Positions 1 through 13,429 are shown, counted from the stretch's first letter. The stretch is DNA of 64,000 nucleotides from an uncultured bacterium (GCA_965651925.1 CBFGUK010000003.1:6801-70800), one strand, 5' to 3'. Notes: generated by a model from the sequence alone, not told the origin. Numbers and translations are program-made.

Positions 1-1830
1 AGCCGGCTCGCCGGGTAGAGTGCCGAGGCGCCGAGCGCGAGCGTCACCGCGAGCGTCAGGTACGGATGGCGCATGACCAGGCGGAAGAGCGGCTCGTAGA
101 GCGCGACCGAGGCGCGGTTGAGCGGATTGCGCTCCTCGGACGGGATGCGCCCGCGGATCAGGTAGACCATCAGCACCGGGACGACGGTGATGCCGAGCAG
201 GGCGCCGGCGGCGATGGCGAACGTCTTGGTGTAGGCGAGCGGCGTGAACAGCCGGCCGGACTGGTCACCGAGCGCGAAGATCGGCAGGAACGCGACGGTG
301 ATGACGAGCAGCGAGAAGAAGAGGCTCGGGCCGACCTCGGTCGCCGCGGCGAGGATGACCGGCACCTGGCTGCGCGGCGGCGCCCCGTCGGCGCGCCGCT
401 GGCGCTCGCGCTCGAGATGCTTGTGCGCGTTCTCGATCATCACCACGCCCGAGTCGACCATCACGCCGATCGCCAGCGCGAGCCCACCGAGGCTCATGAT
501 GTTCGCGTTGATCCCGAGCAGCTGCATGACGAGCAGCGAGGCGAGCAGCCCGATCGGCAGCACGAGCACGGCGACCAGCGCGCTGCGCACGTGGGCGAGG
601 AAGATGACACAGATGATCGCCACCACGATCAGCTCTTCGGCGACCGCGGTGCGCAGGGTCTCCACCGCCCGCCCGATCAGCGCCGACCGGTCGTAGGTGG
701 TCAGGATGAAGACGCCCGGCGGCAGCCCGTCCTCGAGCGCGGCGAGCGCCGCCTTCGCGTCGTGGATGACCTGGTAGGCGTTCTCGCCGAAACGCGAGAT
801 CACCACGCCGCCGACCGCCTCGCCGACGCCGTCGAGCTCGCCGATGCCGCGCCGCGGCGCGCCGCCGATCTGCAGCCGCGCGACGTCGCGCAGCAGCACC
901 GGGGTGCCTCCGGGCCCGGTGCCGACGACGACGGCGCCGAGATCGTCGAGCCCGCGCAGGTAGCCGCGGCTGCGCACCATGTACTCGTGCTCGGCCATCT
1001 CGACCACCGAGCCGCCGACGTCGGCATTCGATCGCCGGATCGCCTCGCCGACGTCGCGCAGCGCGAGGCCGAACGCCTGCAGCACCTGCGGGTCGACGAC
1101 GACCTGGTACTGTCTGACGAAGCCGCCGATCGCCGCGACCTCGGCCACACCGGAGACGGCAGTCAGCGGATAGCGCACGTACCAGTCCTGCAGGCTGCGC
1201 AGCGAGGCGAGGTCCTGGTTCGAGGACACCAGCGCGCTGCCGTCGAGCGGGCAGGTGCCCGCGGCGCGGAAGCCGCGTACGCGCGTCAGCTGCTCGCGCC
1301 GGTCGGCCGGCGCCGCCTCGCGGTCGGCGTACCAGCGGTCCGCGGCCGCATCGTGCCAGATGCCCTGCGGATGCGCGGCGCAGTACCAGCCGGGATACAG
1401 CACGTACTGCAGGACCCAGCCGACGCCGGTGGCGTCGGGGCCGAGCCGCGGCTGCACGCCGGCGGGCAGCCGGTCGCGTGCGAAGTTGAGGTATTCGAGC
1501 ACGCGGCTGCGCGCCCAGTAGATGTCGGTGCCGTCGGCGAACAGGACGTAGACGAAGGACAGCTCGAACATGCTGTAGCCGCGCACGACCGTCGCGCCGG
1601 GCACGGCGAGCATGGCGCTGGCGAGCGGGTAGGTGACCTGCTCCTCGACGACCTCCGGGTGCTGTCCCGGGTAGTCGGTGACGACGATCACCTGCACGTC
1701 GGAGAGATCGGGGATCGCGTCGAGGCGGATGTTGTACGTGCCCCACACCCCGAGCGCGAGCACGATCGCGGTGAGCAGGAGCACGAGCAGGCGGTTGTGC
1801 ACCGACCACTCGATGACGCGCGCGATCATG
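1..1830 (-). CDS. Heavy-metal efflux RND permease (HME family, CusA/CzcA-like). 5'-complete and 3'-partial: the C-terminus lies beyond the window start.
   Basis: Not in the ORF track because the frame stays open to position 1. My translation of the minus strand from the ATG at 1830-1828 gives MIARVIEWSVHNRLLVLL...PDLSDVQVIVVTDYPGQHPEVVEEQVTYPL...DGTDIYWARSRVLEYLN. This is the typical CusA/CzcA N-terminus, followed by TM helices and periplasmic loops, with 610 complete codons to position 1. It sits downstream of the adaptor and TolC-like genes on the same strand. Confidence 0.88.
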
Positions 1831-2015
1831 TTGCCTCCGGCACGCGCGTTCGCGGGGCCAGGCGCCCGCCCCGAGCGACCCGCGCCGAGTCCGTGCCGGA
1901 CGGCGGGCGGCTCGCCCACCGCGCCGCGCGCTGGTGACGAACCGCACTCAGCGAGGTCGCCGGTCCGGGCGGAGGAACCGTTCGCCGCGCCGGGCCGCGC
2001 CGCTGTGACACACGC

Positions 2016-3371
2016 TCAGTGCACATGCGGCACCGCCTCCCGGGGCGCCGGTGGCGCCGCGTCCGGGTCGCCGGCCGGCGGCGCCGGCATCGGTTCGCCG
2101 GCCGTGCCGAGGAACCGCGCCACCGCCTCGCGGAAGTTGCTTTCTGCATCGAGCAGGAACTGCCCGCTGGTGACCACCGTGTCGCCCGCCGCGAGCCCGG
2201 CGCGGATCTCGACCAGGCCGTCGTCGCCGGTCGGGCCGACGGTGACGCGCCGCGGCGCGAAGTGTCCCTCGGCGCGGGCGATGAAGACGACCTGCTCGGT
2301 GCCGGTGTCGATCACCGCCTCGCGCGGTGCGAGCAGCACGCCGGCGATCGGCGCGGCGTCGATCACCACCGTCGCATACATGCCCTGCAGCAGCCGCTCG
2401 CCGGGATTCGCCACCTCGATGCGCGCCAGCGCCGTGCGCGTCGTCGGATCGAGATGCGGGTGGACGAACGTCACGCGTCCGGCGAGCGGCTCGCCGGGCA
2501 GTGAGGCGAGGTGCACGGTCGCCGGCCGGCCGACGCCGACCAGCGCCAGGTCCTGCTCGAAGATGCGCGCGTCGATCCACATCGTGCCGCGGTCCGACAG
2601 CCGCAGGACGCGTTCGCCGGCCTGCACGGCGTCGCCGGCGACGACCAGCTTCTCGGTGACGTGGCCGGTGATCGGGCTGGTGAACGTCACCGTTGCCGGC
2701 GGGCGATCGAGCCGCGCCAGCCGGTCGACCTGGGCGCGCGGCAGGCCGAGCAGCTCGAGCTTCTGTCGCCCGGTCTCGTACAGCAGCGCGGCGGCGCTGC
2801 CCGGGGCGGCCTCGCGCGGCAGCGCCGCGCGCGCGCCGATCAGCTCGCCGATCGCGACCTGCAGCTCGGGGCTGTAGAGCTCGAACAGCGGCTCCCCGGC
2901 GCGCACCGGCATGCCCTCGACGTCGGCGAACAGTCGCTCGATCCAGCCCGAGACGCGCAGCGCGATGTCGTGCTGGCTCGGCTCGGGCTCGCGCACGACC
3001 GCCACCGCGCGCACCGAGCGGCGCAGGGTGCCGCGGCGCACCGCCGCCGTGCGCACGCCCATGTTCTGCACGACGGCGGGATCGATGGTCACCGCCGGGC
3101 CGGCGTCATCTGCCTCGCGTGCCTCGCCGTTGCCGGACGGGCCGCCGTTGGTGACCAGCGGCGTCAGCTCCATGCCGCAGATCGGGCAGGTGCCCGGCCG
3201 ATCGCGGATCACCTGCGGGTGCATGCCGCAGGTGTAGAGCTGCTTCGGCTGCGCGTGCCCGGCATGCGGATCGCCGGGCTGCGCGTGCAGCATCGGCGCG
3301 CCGAGGAGCAGCGCGGCGGCGAACACCAGCATCCGCGCCGGTCCCCGGCGCGCGCGATCGTGCGCCGTCAT
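2016..3371 (-). CDS. Efflux RND periplasmic adaptor (membrane fusion protein, CusB/CzcB-like) with an N-terminal CxxxH...CPxCGM heavy-metal-binding domain.
   Basis: Internal start of the track ORF 2016..4232 at MTAHDRARRG (ATG at 3371-3369). The upstream part of the ORF is Arg-rich junk. Signal/TM segment MLVFAAALLLGAPMLHA, then YTCGMHPQVIRDRPGTCPICGMELTP, then the HlyD-like barrel-sandwich/beta-barrel body. The ATGA junction overlaps the stop of the upstream TolC-like gene. Confidence 0.85.
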   Translation of the reverse strand: MTAHDRARRGPARMLVFAAALLLGAPMLHAQPGDPHAGHAQPKQLYTCGMHPQVIRDRPGTCPICGMELTPLVTNGGPSGNGEAREADDAGPAVTIDPAVVQNMGVRTAAVRRGTLRRSVRAVAVVREPEPSQHDIALRVSGWIERLFADVEGMPVRAGEPLFELYSPELQVAIGELIGARAALPREAAPGSAAALLYETGRQKLELLGLPRAQVDRLARLDRPPATVTFTSPITGHVTEKLVVAGDAVQAGERVLRLSDRGTMWIDARIFEQDLALVGVGRPATVHLASLPGEPLAGRVTFVHPHLDPTTRTALARIEVANPGERLLQGMYATVVIDAAPIAGVLLAPREAVIDTGTEQVVFIARAEGHFAPRRVTVGPTGDDGLVEIRAGLAAGDTVVTSGQFLLDAESNFREAVARFLGTAGEPMPAPPAGDPDAAPPAPREAVPHVH

Positions 3372-4771
3372 GACGGCATCTCCTCGCGCATCGCGGCGGC
3401 GGCGAGCTGCTCTGCATCGATGCCCGCCAGCTCCTCGAGCTCGGCGACGCGACGCTCGCGGGCGATGCGCGTCTCGGCGAGCGTCAGCTCGAGATCGAGC
3501 AGCGTGCGGCGGGCGGCGATCAGGGCCGCCAGGTCGCCGGCACCGGTGGTGTACAGCCGCTCGGCGGCCTCGGCGGCCTGGTTCGCCGCCGGGACGACGT
3601 GGCGGTCGAGCAGCGTCCGCTGGCGCTCGCTGCTGCGCAGGGCGAGCAGCGCGGCGACGAACGCGGCGTCGCGCTCGTGTGCCGCCTGGCGCAGTACGGC
3701 TTCGCTGGCACGCAGCGTGGCGCGCGCCTCGCGGATGCCGGCGCGGATCTGCGGCAGCGTGCTCGGCAGCGTGATCGCCGCCCCGACGACCTGCGCCATG
3801 CTGCCTTCGAGGCCGACGAACGGGTTGATGTCGGGGAAGTACTGCTGCCGCGCGAGACTGAGCGCATCCTCGCGTCCCGCGACGTCGCGTGCGAGCGCCG
3901 CGAGGGTCGGATTGGCGCGCGTGCCGAGCGCCAGCAGGCGCGCGTCGTCGGCCGGCAGCGGTCGCGGCTCGGGCAGATCGGGCTCGGTGAGCGGCGCGTC
4001 GGCGGGGCGGGCGAGGAGGGCGTTCAGCCGCGCACGGACCTGCGGCAGCTCGTCGCGCAGGTTGATCAGGTCGTGATGGCCGTGCTGGCGCTCGACCTCG
4101 GCGGCGAGGAGCTCCTGCTGCGGGCCGCCGCCGCGCACACGGGCGGCCGCGGCGTCGGCGGCGAGATCGAGCAGTGCCAGCTGCGCGCGCTGGATGCGGA
4201 CGCGCGCGGCGAGGAGTGCGTAATCGAGCCACGCGTCGAGCACGCGGCGCTGCAGCGCGAACTTCGTCGCCGCAAAGCGCTGGCCGGCGCTGCGCGCCCC
4301 TTCGGTGGCGACGCGCCCGGCGGTCAGCACCTTGGTCGGGAACGCGAGGTTCTCCATCGGGTCGAACCCGACGGTGAGCGCCGTGCGATCCCAGCCGGTC
4401 AGGTTGGCGCCGGAGAAGAGATAGTCGAACCCGAGCGACACGTTGGTGTTCGGGTACCCTGCGGCGATGTCGATGCGCTCGATGGCCGCCAGCCAGGTGA
4501 AGTAGCTCGCCTCGAGCTCGCCGTTGTGCCGCAGCGCGTAGCGCAGCAGCCCGCGCCAGTCGGCGTCGACCGGCAGCTCGTCCTCGAGGCGCTCGGGCGC
4601 GGGCACGGCATAGACCGCGCCGGCGGCCTCGGCGCGCGCGCGCTCGTCGGCCGCCTCACGCGGGGCCAGCGAGCAGCCGGCGAGCGCGATCGCGAGGACC
4701 GCGACGGGGGGGAATTTCAGTGCGGGGCCGGCGTGTCGCACACGCCGGCACGGGACAGTGACAACGGACAT
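3368..4771 (-). CDS. TolC-family outer membrane efflux lipoprotein (CusC/CzcC-like).
   Basis: 467 aa with a lipoprotein signal (AIALAGCSLAP) and alpha-helical coiled-coil repeats typical of outer membrane factors. The stop overlaps the adaptor start (ATGA). Confidence 0.85.
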   Translation of the reverse strand: MSVVTVPCRRVRHAGPALKFPPVAVLAIALAGCSLAPREAADERARAEAAGAVYAVPAPERLEDELPVDADWRGLLRYALRHNGELEASYFTWLAAIERIDIAAGYPNTNVSLGFDYLFSGANLTGWDRTALTVGFDPMENLAFPTKVLTAGRVATEGARSAGQRFAATKFALQRRVLDAWLDYALLAARVRIQRAQLALLDLAADAAAARVRGGGPQQELLAAEVERQHGHHDLINLRDELPQVRARLNALLARPADAPLTEPDLPEPRPLPADDARLLALGTRANPTLAALARDVAGREDALSLARQQYFPDINPFVGLEGSMAQVVGAAITLPSTLPQIRAGIREARATLRASEAVLRQAAHERDAAFVAALLALRSSERQRTLLDRHVVPAANQAAEAAERLYTTGAGDLAALIAARRTLLDLELTLAETRIARERRVAELEELAGIDAEQLAAAAMREEMPS

Positions 4772-4858
4772 TGCTCCTCCAGTGGCCGGGGCGGCGCGCG
4801 CGTGAGGCGCGGCCGCGATGCTCGTCGACGAGGGGGCGATCCCCCGCGCGAGCGCGGC

Positions 4859-5224
4859 TCAGAGGAGGAGCGAGGTGTGACGGGCGACGAGCGTGTCGGG
4901 TGGTGCCTGGGCGCGTGCGCGTTCACGGGTGCTGCGCGACGCGGCCGGCGCAACGAGGGCGACCTCGGTCGGCGCGAGTGCCGGGGCGTGAATGCCGGCG
5001 TGGGTCGTGCCGAGGTCGAGCGCGCGTTCCGGAGCGCCGACCGGCACCGTCCGGCCGATCTGCGCCGGCTCGTCGCAGCAGCTCGGGCGCGTCAGCCCGT
5101 CCTGCTGGCAGCACGCCATCGAGCGCGCCTGCACGGTCGCGCAGCTGCCGTCGGGGCAGGGCACGGCGCTCGCACCGGTCAGCACCAGTGCAATGGCGAT
5201 CAGCAGGGCGGCCAGGCGACGCAT
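4859..5224 (-). CDS. Small secreted cysteine-rich protein (121 aa), function unknown. It is the first gene of the HME-RND operon orientation.
   Basis: Internal Met of the track ORF 4859..5971: MRRLAALLIAIALVLTGASA signal peptide, then CPDGSC...ACCQQDGLTRPSCCDEP (6 Cys in about 30 aa), then an Ala/Pro-rich tail. Codon third positions are GC-rich as in the real genes. It lies 87 bp upstream of the TolC-like gene on the same strand. It would otherwise leave a 717-bp gap. Confidence 0.45.
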   Translation of the reverse strand: MRRLAALLIAIALVLTGASAVPCPDGSCATVQARSMACCQQDGLTRPSCCDEPAQIGRTVPVGAPERALDLGTTHAGIHAPALAPTEVALVAPAASRSTRERARAQAPPDTLVARHTSLLL

Positions 5225-5488
5225 CGCGGCGTCAGGATGAGCGCGGCCGGCATGCATGTCAATCGCATCCACCCGTCGATGGCGCAGGACCTGGGGGGGG
5301 GCGCTGAGGCCCGGCCGGCGATCGATGGCAGGTTCCACATGCTTTTCGCCGGGCGGGTCTGGTAGAGCGGGAACGTGATCGAGGGCAGGTAGGGGCGTGC
5401 CGCTGGTACGCCGAGGGGCCGCGCACGACGCGGCGTGGTGGCCGGCCGGGCGGGCGCGACGCCGGGCCACCGCGGGGAGCGGTGTGCG

Positions 5489-6448
5489 ATGAAGGTGCTG
5501 ATCACCGGCGGCGGCGGCTTCCTCGGTTCGCACCTCGCCGACGCGTTCCTCGCGCGCGGCGACGAGGTATTCGTGCTCGACAACGGCATCGACGCGAAGA
5601 CCCGCCACCTCGTCGGGCGCCCCGGCTTCGTGCACGTGCGCGACAGCATCTTCGACGTCGACATCCTCGACGGCCTGATCGCCAAGTGCGATCTCGTCTA
5701 CCACCTGGCGGCGGTCGTCGGCGTCGAGCATTACCTCAGCGATCCGTTCGAGGTGCTCAACGTCAACGTCAACGGCACACAGACCGTGCTGAAGCTCGCC
5801 TTCAAGTATGGCCGCAAGGTCGTCTTCAGCTCGACCTCGGAGATCTACGGGCGCAATCCGCGCGTGCCGTGGCGCGAGGACGACGACCGCGTGCTCGGCT
5901 CCACGCGCATCGACCGCTGGTGCTACTCGACGTCGAAGGCCGCCGGCGAGCACTTCTGCTTCGCCTATCACGCGATGGGGCTACCGGTGACCGTGACGCG
6001 GTACTTCAACGTCTACGGCCCGCGACTCGACCGGCTCGACGCCGGACGGGTGATCACGATCTTTCTCGGGCAGGCGCTGCGCAACGAGCCGCTGACGGTG
6101 ATCGGCGACGGACAGCAGACGCGCTGCTTCACCTATGTCGACGACGCGATCCGCGCCACCGTCGCCGCCGGCCTGGCGCCGGGGACTGATGGCCAGGTGT
6201 TCAACGTCGGCTGCGACGTCGAGACGACGATCCTCTCGCTCGCCGAGCAGATCATTGCGCTGAGCGGCTCGCGCAGCACGATCACGCACGTACCGCAGGC
6301 GGCGGTGTATGGCGCGAGCTACGAGGACATCGCGCGGCGCGTTCCCGACGTGACGAAGATGCACAGCGTGCTCGGCGTGACGGCGGACACGCCGCTCGCC
6401 GCGGGCCTGCGCGACACGATCGACTGGTTCATGCAGCAGAAGGCCTGA
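5489..6448 (+). CDS. NAD-dependent epimerase/dehydratase of the SDR family, UDP-glucuronate decarboxylase (UXS/ArnA-C-terminal)-like.
   Basis: Start at MKVLITGGGGFLGSHL (Rossmann GxxGxxG). YSTSKAAGE catalytic YxxxK. Length 319 aa. Confidence 0.85.
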   Translation: MKVLITGGGGFLGSHLADAFLARGDEVFVLDNGIDAKTRHLVGRPGFVHVRDSIFDVDILDGLIAKCDLVYHLAAVVGVEHYLSDPFEVLNVNVNGTQTVLKLAFKYGRKVVFSSTSEIYGRNPRVPWREDDDRVLGSTRIDRWCYSTSKAAGEHFCFAYHAMGLPVTVTRYFNVYGPRLDRLDAGRVITIFLGQALRNEPLTVIGDGQQTRCFTYVDDAIRATVAAGLAPGTDGQVFNVGCDVETTILSLAEQIIALSGSRSTITHVPQAAVYGASYEDIARRVPDVTKMHSVLGVTADTPLAAGLRDTIDWFMQQKA

Positions 6449-6461
6449 GCGCGCCGGCGGC

Positions 6462-7346
6462 TCACCCGGCGGCCGGCTGCAGGAACGCCGCGGCGAAGCG
6501 CTCGAGCAGCTCGAGGTAGTGCGCGAGGCTGCGGTGGCGGAAGCGCAGGTTGAGCGCCGTCGCGCCGAGGGCCGCGAGCCCGTCGATCGTCGCGCGGGCG
6601 GCGTCGAGGTCGGCGTCACTGTCGAGTGCCAGCGGGGCGTCAGGGCTGAGGACGACCTCGAAATCCGCACGCCACTGCGGCGACTCGCGCGCGCGGCCGA
6701 GCAGCGCCGCGAGCTGCGTGCGGTCGAGGCCGAAGGGATCCCAGCCGTCGGCCAGAGCGAGCGCGCGGCGCAGCGAGCGCGCGGAGCGGCCGCCGAGCCA
6801 GATCGGGACGCGCGCCTGCACGGGGCACGGGTCGAGCCGGACACGCTCGAAGCGGTAGTGCGTCCCCGCGTAGGCCGGTTCCGGGTCGGCGAGCGCCGCG
6901 CGCAGGGCGCGCAGCGCGTCCTCGTAGCGTGGGCCGCGGCCGGCGAAGTCGATGCCGAGGAGGGCGAACTCCTCGGCGAGGCTGCCGACGCCGATGCCGA
7001 GGATCAGCCGGCCGTCGGAGAGACGGTCGAGCGTCCCGTACGTCTTCGCCACGGCGAGCGGGTGGTGGTAGGGCAGCACGACGACGTGCGTCAGCAGGCG
7101 GATGCGGCGGGTGTGGGCGGCGATCCAGGCGAGCGTCGTGGCCGGATCATAGTAGCGCGGCCCGCGATGGCGATCGGTGAGGTCGCGCGGGATGCCGACG
7201 TGCTCGCTGCAGGTCAGGTGGGCGTAGCCCAGGCGATCGGCGGTTTCCGCGATGCGCCGGATTTCCGCCGGGCCGGCTGCCACTTCCCAGGCGGCGTGCG
7301 TGCCTGGCACGAGCGTCACCACCGGCGTCGTCAGCCCGAAGCGCAT
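6462..7346 (-). CDS. Luciferase-like monooxygenase (LLM) family oxidoreductase. The flavin or F420 cofactor is undetermined.
   Basis: Internal Met MRFGLTTPVV of the track ORF 6462..7715; the upstream part is Arg/Pro junk. TIM-barrel LLM motifs: HLTCSEHVGIP and ILGIGVGSLAEEFALLG. Confidence 0.75.
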   Translation of the reverse strand: MRFGLTTPVVTLVPGTHAAWEVAAGPAEIRRIAETADRLGYAHLTCSEHVGIPRDLTDRHRGPRYYDPATTLAWIAAHTRRIRLLTHVVVLPYHHPLAVAKTYGTLDRLSDGRLILGIGVGSLAEEFALLGIDFAGRGPRYEDALRALRAALADPEPAYAGTHYRFERVRLDPCPVQARVPIWLGGRSARSLRRALALADGWDPFGLDRTQLAALLGRARESPQWRADFEVVLSPDAPLALDSDADLDAARATIDGLAALGATALNLRFRHRSLAHYLELLERFAAAFLQPAAG

Positions 7347-7384
7347 GGCGCTTCCTAGCGGACGTGGCGCGGCGGTGAAACCGG

Positions 7385-9130
7385 TCAGCCCGTGAGTCGC
7401 GGACGGTCGGCGGGTGCGTGCAGTTGCAACCCGGGTGGCGCGGCACGGCGGCGGTGCACGGCCCAGCGGCCGATCACGGTTTCGATCACGTACTCGCGCG
7501 CCAGCAGGTCGCGCAGCCAGGGAAAGTCGGGCGCGAACGCCGGGCCGTCCCACACCTGCAGGGAGTCGCCGGTGGCGGTGACGATCACCGGCGGGCGGAC
7601 GGCGGCGATGTCGGCGATGAGCTCGGCGAGATGGCGGCGCTGCAGGGCCGTCGGCGGCCGGCTGCAGGCGCCGACCAGCCGGTAGTCGTGCGGATCGTCC
7701 GGCTCGACGCACCACACCGCGGTGCTCTGCAGGAAACGGCTCGGCGCCGGGCGGCCGGCGGCGTAGTGGACGGCCGCCACCGGACCCCAGAGCAGTACCG
7801 GCGCGCCGTCGGGTGTGTGCGTGCGCAGATAGCGCGCCACCGCGGCCTGCTCGTCGCTGTCGGCGACCAGCAGCGCGTAGGGCGGCTGCTCCTGCAGCGC
7901 GATGCGCAGGTTGGCCGGCAGGCTACGGGCGGCGTCGACGATCGGCCGCATGGTGAGCACCGGGATGCCGACGGTGAGCACGGCGATCACGGCGAGCGCC
8001 GCGATCCGGCCGCCAGCTCCTGACCACTGCGCGAGCGGCGCGAGCACGCGGCTCCAGCCGATCCCGGCCAGGGCCGCCGCACAGGCCAGCACCGGCCAGT
8101 ACTGATAGCGATAGCTCTTCGCCTCGAGCAGGCGCACGGCGATGCAGGCGAGCAGCGCGCCGAGCAGCCAGGCGCGCAGCATCGGCGCGCCGGCGGCGGT
8201 GCGGCGGTCGCGATCGGACAGCGCGACCTGCCAGCCGGCGAGCGCGAGCAGCAGGCCGACCCACAGGACCTGCGGTGTGTCGAGCAGCAGCTTGAGCAGG
8301 ACCGCGCCGGGCGGCTTGCGGTCGATCTGCGCGTACACGGTGACGATGTAGAGGAACGTATCGCGCAGGATCGCGCCGAACCCGGCGGCGGTGAAGACCG
8401 CAAGGAAGAGCAGCGTCGGCAGCGCGCTCACGACGCCGAGCAGCAGCGCCGCGCGCAGCCCGTCGCCGGTGGTCCGGCCGCGCCATCCCTGCCACAGCAG
8501 CGCACCCATCGCGGCCGCCACGAGCACCGCGAAGCTCGGTCGGAGCAGGCAGGCGACGCCGAGCGCGATCCCGGCGGCGGCGAGCGCGCGGCGTGTCGGC
8601 GGCGCGCCGCGGCCGGCGAGGGCGAGCACGGCGCCGAGCAGCAGCGGCACGGCGAAGCCATCGCGCTGCGCGGTGTGGTAGTAGCCGGCGCTGACGTAGG
8701 CGACGGCATAGAGCAGGGCGGCGATCAGCCCGGCAGTGGGACCGGCGACCCGGCGTGCCGCGGTGTAGAGCAGGCCCGCCGCCGCCAGCTGCACGACCCC
8801 GTCGACGAGCCGCAACGCCAGCGGGCCGCTGCCGAGCAGCAACGCGGGCACGTGGACGAGCAGGAACCCCGGTGCCTGCATGTCCCAGCTCTCGACGTAG
8901 GGCCACCGTCCCTGCAGGGTCGTCGAGGCGATGTAGTGCAGCAGTCCCTGGTCGTACCCGAACCCGAAACCGAGCGTCGGCAGCAGCACCAGCGCCGCGC
9001 CGAGCAGCGCGACCAGCAGCCCCGTCGCCGGCGACAGCTCCGTCACGGCGCGTTCGGCGCGATGCGGGTCAGGTGGTGTGCAGCCGTCGGTCACGTGCGC
9101 CCCGGACCTCCCGCTCGCGTCAACGAGCAA
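7385..9130 (-). CDS. Polytopic membrane glycosyltransferase, GT39/GT83 (ArnT/PMT)-like, putative.
   Basis: 581 aa. About 12 predicted TM helices over the first ~400 aa, then a ~180-aa soluble C-terminal domain. Start is uncertain: ATG at 9130, or the internal GTG near VTELSPATG. Confidence 0.5.
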   Translation of the reverse strand: MLVDASGRSGAHVTDGCTPPDPHRAERAVTELSPATGLLVALLGAALVLLPTLGFGFGYDQGLLHYIASTTLQGRWPYVESWDMQAPGFLLVHVPALLLGSGPLALRLVDGVVQLAAAGLLYTAARRVAGPTAGLIAALLYAVAYVSAGYYHTAQRDGFAVPLLLGAVLALAGRGAPPTRRALAAAGIALGVACLLRPSFAVLVAAAMGALLWQGWRGRTTGDGLRAALLLGVVSALPTLLFLAVFTAAGFGAILRDTFLYIVTVYAQIDRKPPGAVLLKLLLDTPQVLWVGLLLALAGWQVALSDRDRRTAAGAPMLRAWLLGALLACIAVRLLEAKSYRYQYWPVLACAAALAGIGWSRVLAPLAQWSGAGGRIAALAVIAVLTVGIPVLTMRPIVDAARSLPANLRIALQEQPPYALLVADSDEQAAVARYLRTHTPDGAPVLLWGPVAAVHYAAGRPAPSRFLQSTAVWCVEPDDPHDYRLVGACSRPPTALQRRHLAELIADIAAVRPPVIVTATGDSLQVWDGPAFAPDFPWLRDLLAREYVIETVIGRWAVHRRRAAPPGLQLHAPADRPRLTG

Positions 9131-9268
9131 GTTGCACGCCGCGCCGCGACGGCGTGCGCGACGGCGCGCGCGGCCGGCCGCGGCGGGAACGAATTACAGC
9201 GCGTGGTGCAGGTTGCCGGCGCGGGTTCCTTGACTTCGCGCCGGCCCGCTCCCAATCTCGGCGCTCCC

Positions 9269-12118
<2,850 letters not shown>

Positions 12119-12208
12119 CGGGCCGGGTGCCGCGCCGCGCGGGCCTGTGCTGCGCGGTGCGCGCGTCTGAGGGGTCGGGGGAGGCCATACTGGCCTGCGA
12201 GCCGGGGG

Positions 12209-13417
12209 TTGGTTACCATCGCCGCCGTGTCACGGGTCGTCTATCTCGACAATCACGCCACCACGCCGGTCGATCCGCGCGTGCTCGAGGCGATGCTGCC
12301 GTACTTCAGCGAGCGGTTCGGCAATGCGGCGAGCCGCAGCCACCGCTTCGGCTGGCAGGCCGAGGAGGCGGTCGAGACCGCCCGCGGGCAGATCGCGGCA
12401 CTGATCGGTGCGCAGCCGCGCGACGTGATCTTCACCAGCGGCGCGACGGAGTCGGACAACCTGGCGATCAAGGGCGTCGTCGAGTTCCTCGCCGAGCGCG
12501 GCGAGCACGTGATCACGGCCGTTACCGAGCACAATGCGGTGCTCGACCCCTGTCGCGCGCTCGAGCGGGCGGGGCGCGCGCGGCTCACCGTGCTGCCCGT
12601 CGACCGCACCGGTCAGGTCGACCCCGACGCGGTGTGCGCGGCGCTGACGCCCCGTACGGTGCTCATCTCGCTCATGCATGCGAACAACGAGATCGGCACG
12701 CTGCACCCGATTGCCACCGTCGGCCGCATCGCCAAACAGGCGGGCGTGCTCTTCCACTGCGACGCGGCGCAGAGCGTCGGCAAGGTGCCGGTCGACGTCG
12801 AGGCGCTCGGCGTCGATCTGCTGTCGCTCACCGCGCACAAGCTCTACGGTCCGAAGGGTATCGGGGCGCTGTGGGTGCGCGGTCGCAATCCGCGCGTGCG
12901 TCTCGCGGCACAGATGCACGGCGGCGGGCACGAGCGCGGCATGCGCTCGGGGACGCTCAACGTGCCCGGCATCGTCGGCTTCGGCGCCGCGTGCGCGATC
13001 GCGGCGGGCGAGATGGGCGCCGAGGGCGCACGCGTCGCGCGGCTGCGCGAGCGACTGTGGCGCGGGCTGGCGGCGCGCCTCGAGGCAATCACCGTGCACG
13101 GGCATGCGGAGGAGCGGCTCCCGGGCAACCTGAACGTCGGCTTCACCGGCATCGATGGCGACTCGCTCATGGCGGCGCTGCCCGACGTGGCGGTGTCGTC
13201 GGGCTCGGCCTGCACCTCGGCGACGCTCGAACCGTCGCACGTGCTGCGCGCGGTCGGGCTCGATGACGAGGCCGCGCACGGCGCGATCCGGTTCGGCCTC
13301 GGGCGGTTCAACACCGATGCCGACGTCGACTACGCGGTCGAACGTGTGGCACAGGAAGTCACGCGGCTGCGCACGCTGTCGCCCGCCTGGGCGATGCACC
13401 GCCGGGCGGCATCCTGA
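12209..13417 (+). CDS. iscS: Cysteine desulfurase (IscS/NifS class).
   Basis: 402 aa. PLP-binding [16 protein letters not shown], active-site loop SSGSACTS, and the N-terminal motif YLDNHATTP. Confidence 0.9.
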   Translation: MVTIAAVSRVVYLDNHATTPVDPRVLEAMLPYFSERFGNAASRSHRFGWQAEEAVETARGQIAALIGAQPRDVIFTSGATESDNLAIKGVVEFLAERGEHVITAVTEHNAVLDPCRALERAGRARLTVLPVDRTGQVDPDAVCAALTPRTVLISLMHANNEIGTLHPIATVGRIAKQAGVLFHCDAAQSVGKVPVDVEALGVDLLSLTAHKLYGPKGIGALWVRGRNPRVRLAAQMHGGGHERGMRSGTLNVPGIVGFGAACAIAAGEMGAEGARVARLRERLWRGLAARLEAITVHGHAEERLPGNLNVGFTGIDGDSLMAALPDVAVSSGSACTSATLEPSHVLRAVGLDDEAAHGAIRFGLGRFNTDADVDYAVERVAQEVTRLRTLSPAWAMHRRAAS

Positions 13418-13429
13418 AGGAGGACGTTC

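Noticed and set aside
66-1947. Long ORFs 66..1937 (+, 623 aa) and 265..1947 (-, 560 aa) covering the first 1.9 kb.
   Set aside because: Both are Asp/Glu/Arg- or Arg/Ala-rich low-complexity translations. The third minus frame, open to position 1, gives a textbook CusA/CzcA N-terminus. These are off-frame or antisense artefacts of high GC.
2511-5365. Plus-strand ORFs 2511..4076 (521 aa) and 3599..5365 (588 aa) and several 60-200 aa ORFs.
   Set aside because: Antisense to the adaptor and TolC-like genes. Arg/Gly/Ala-rich with no domain signal. They are typical GC-rich shadow ORFs.
5225-5488. Possible MerR/CueR-type operator in the divergent region between the Cys-rich ORF and the epimerase.
   Set aside because: Only a short CATGCATG palindrome is present. 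No 19-20-bp-spaced dyad and no metal regulator gene nearby, which is insufficient to call.
8675-9268. N-terminal 198-aa extension of the uvrA ORF.
   Set aside because: Gly/Arg/Gln-rich and overlapping the divergent glycosyltransferase gene. The conserved UvrA N-terminus begins at [15 protein letters not shown] (9269).
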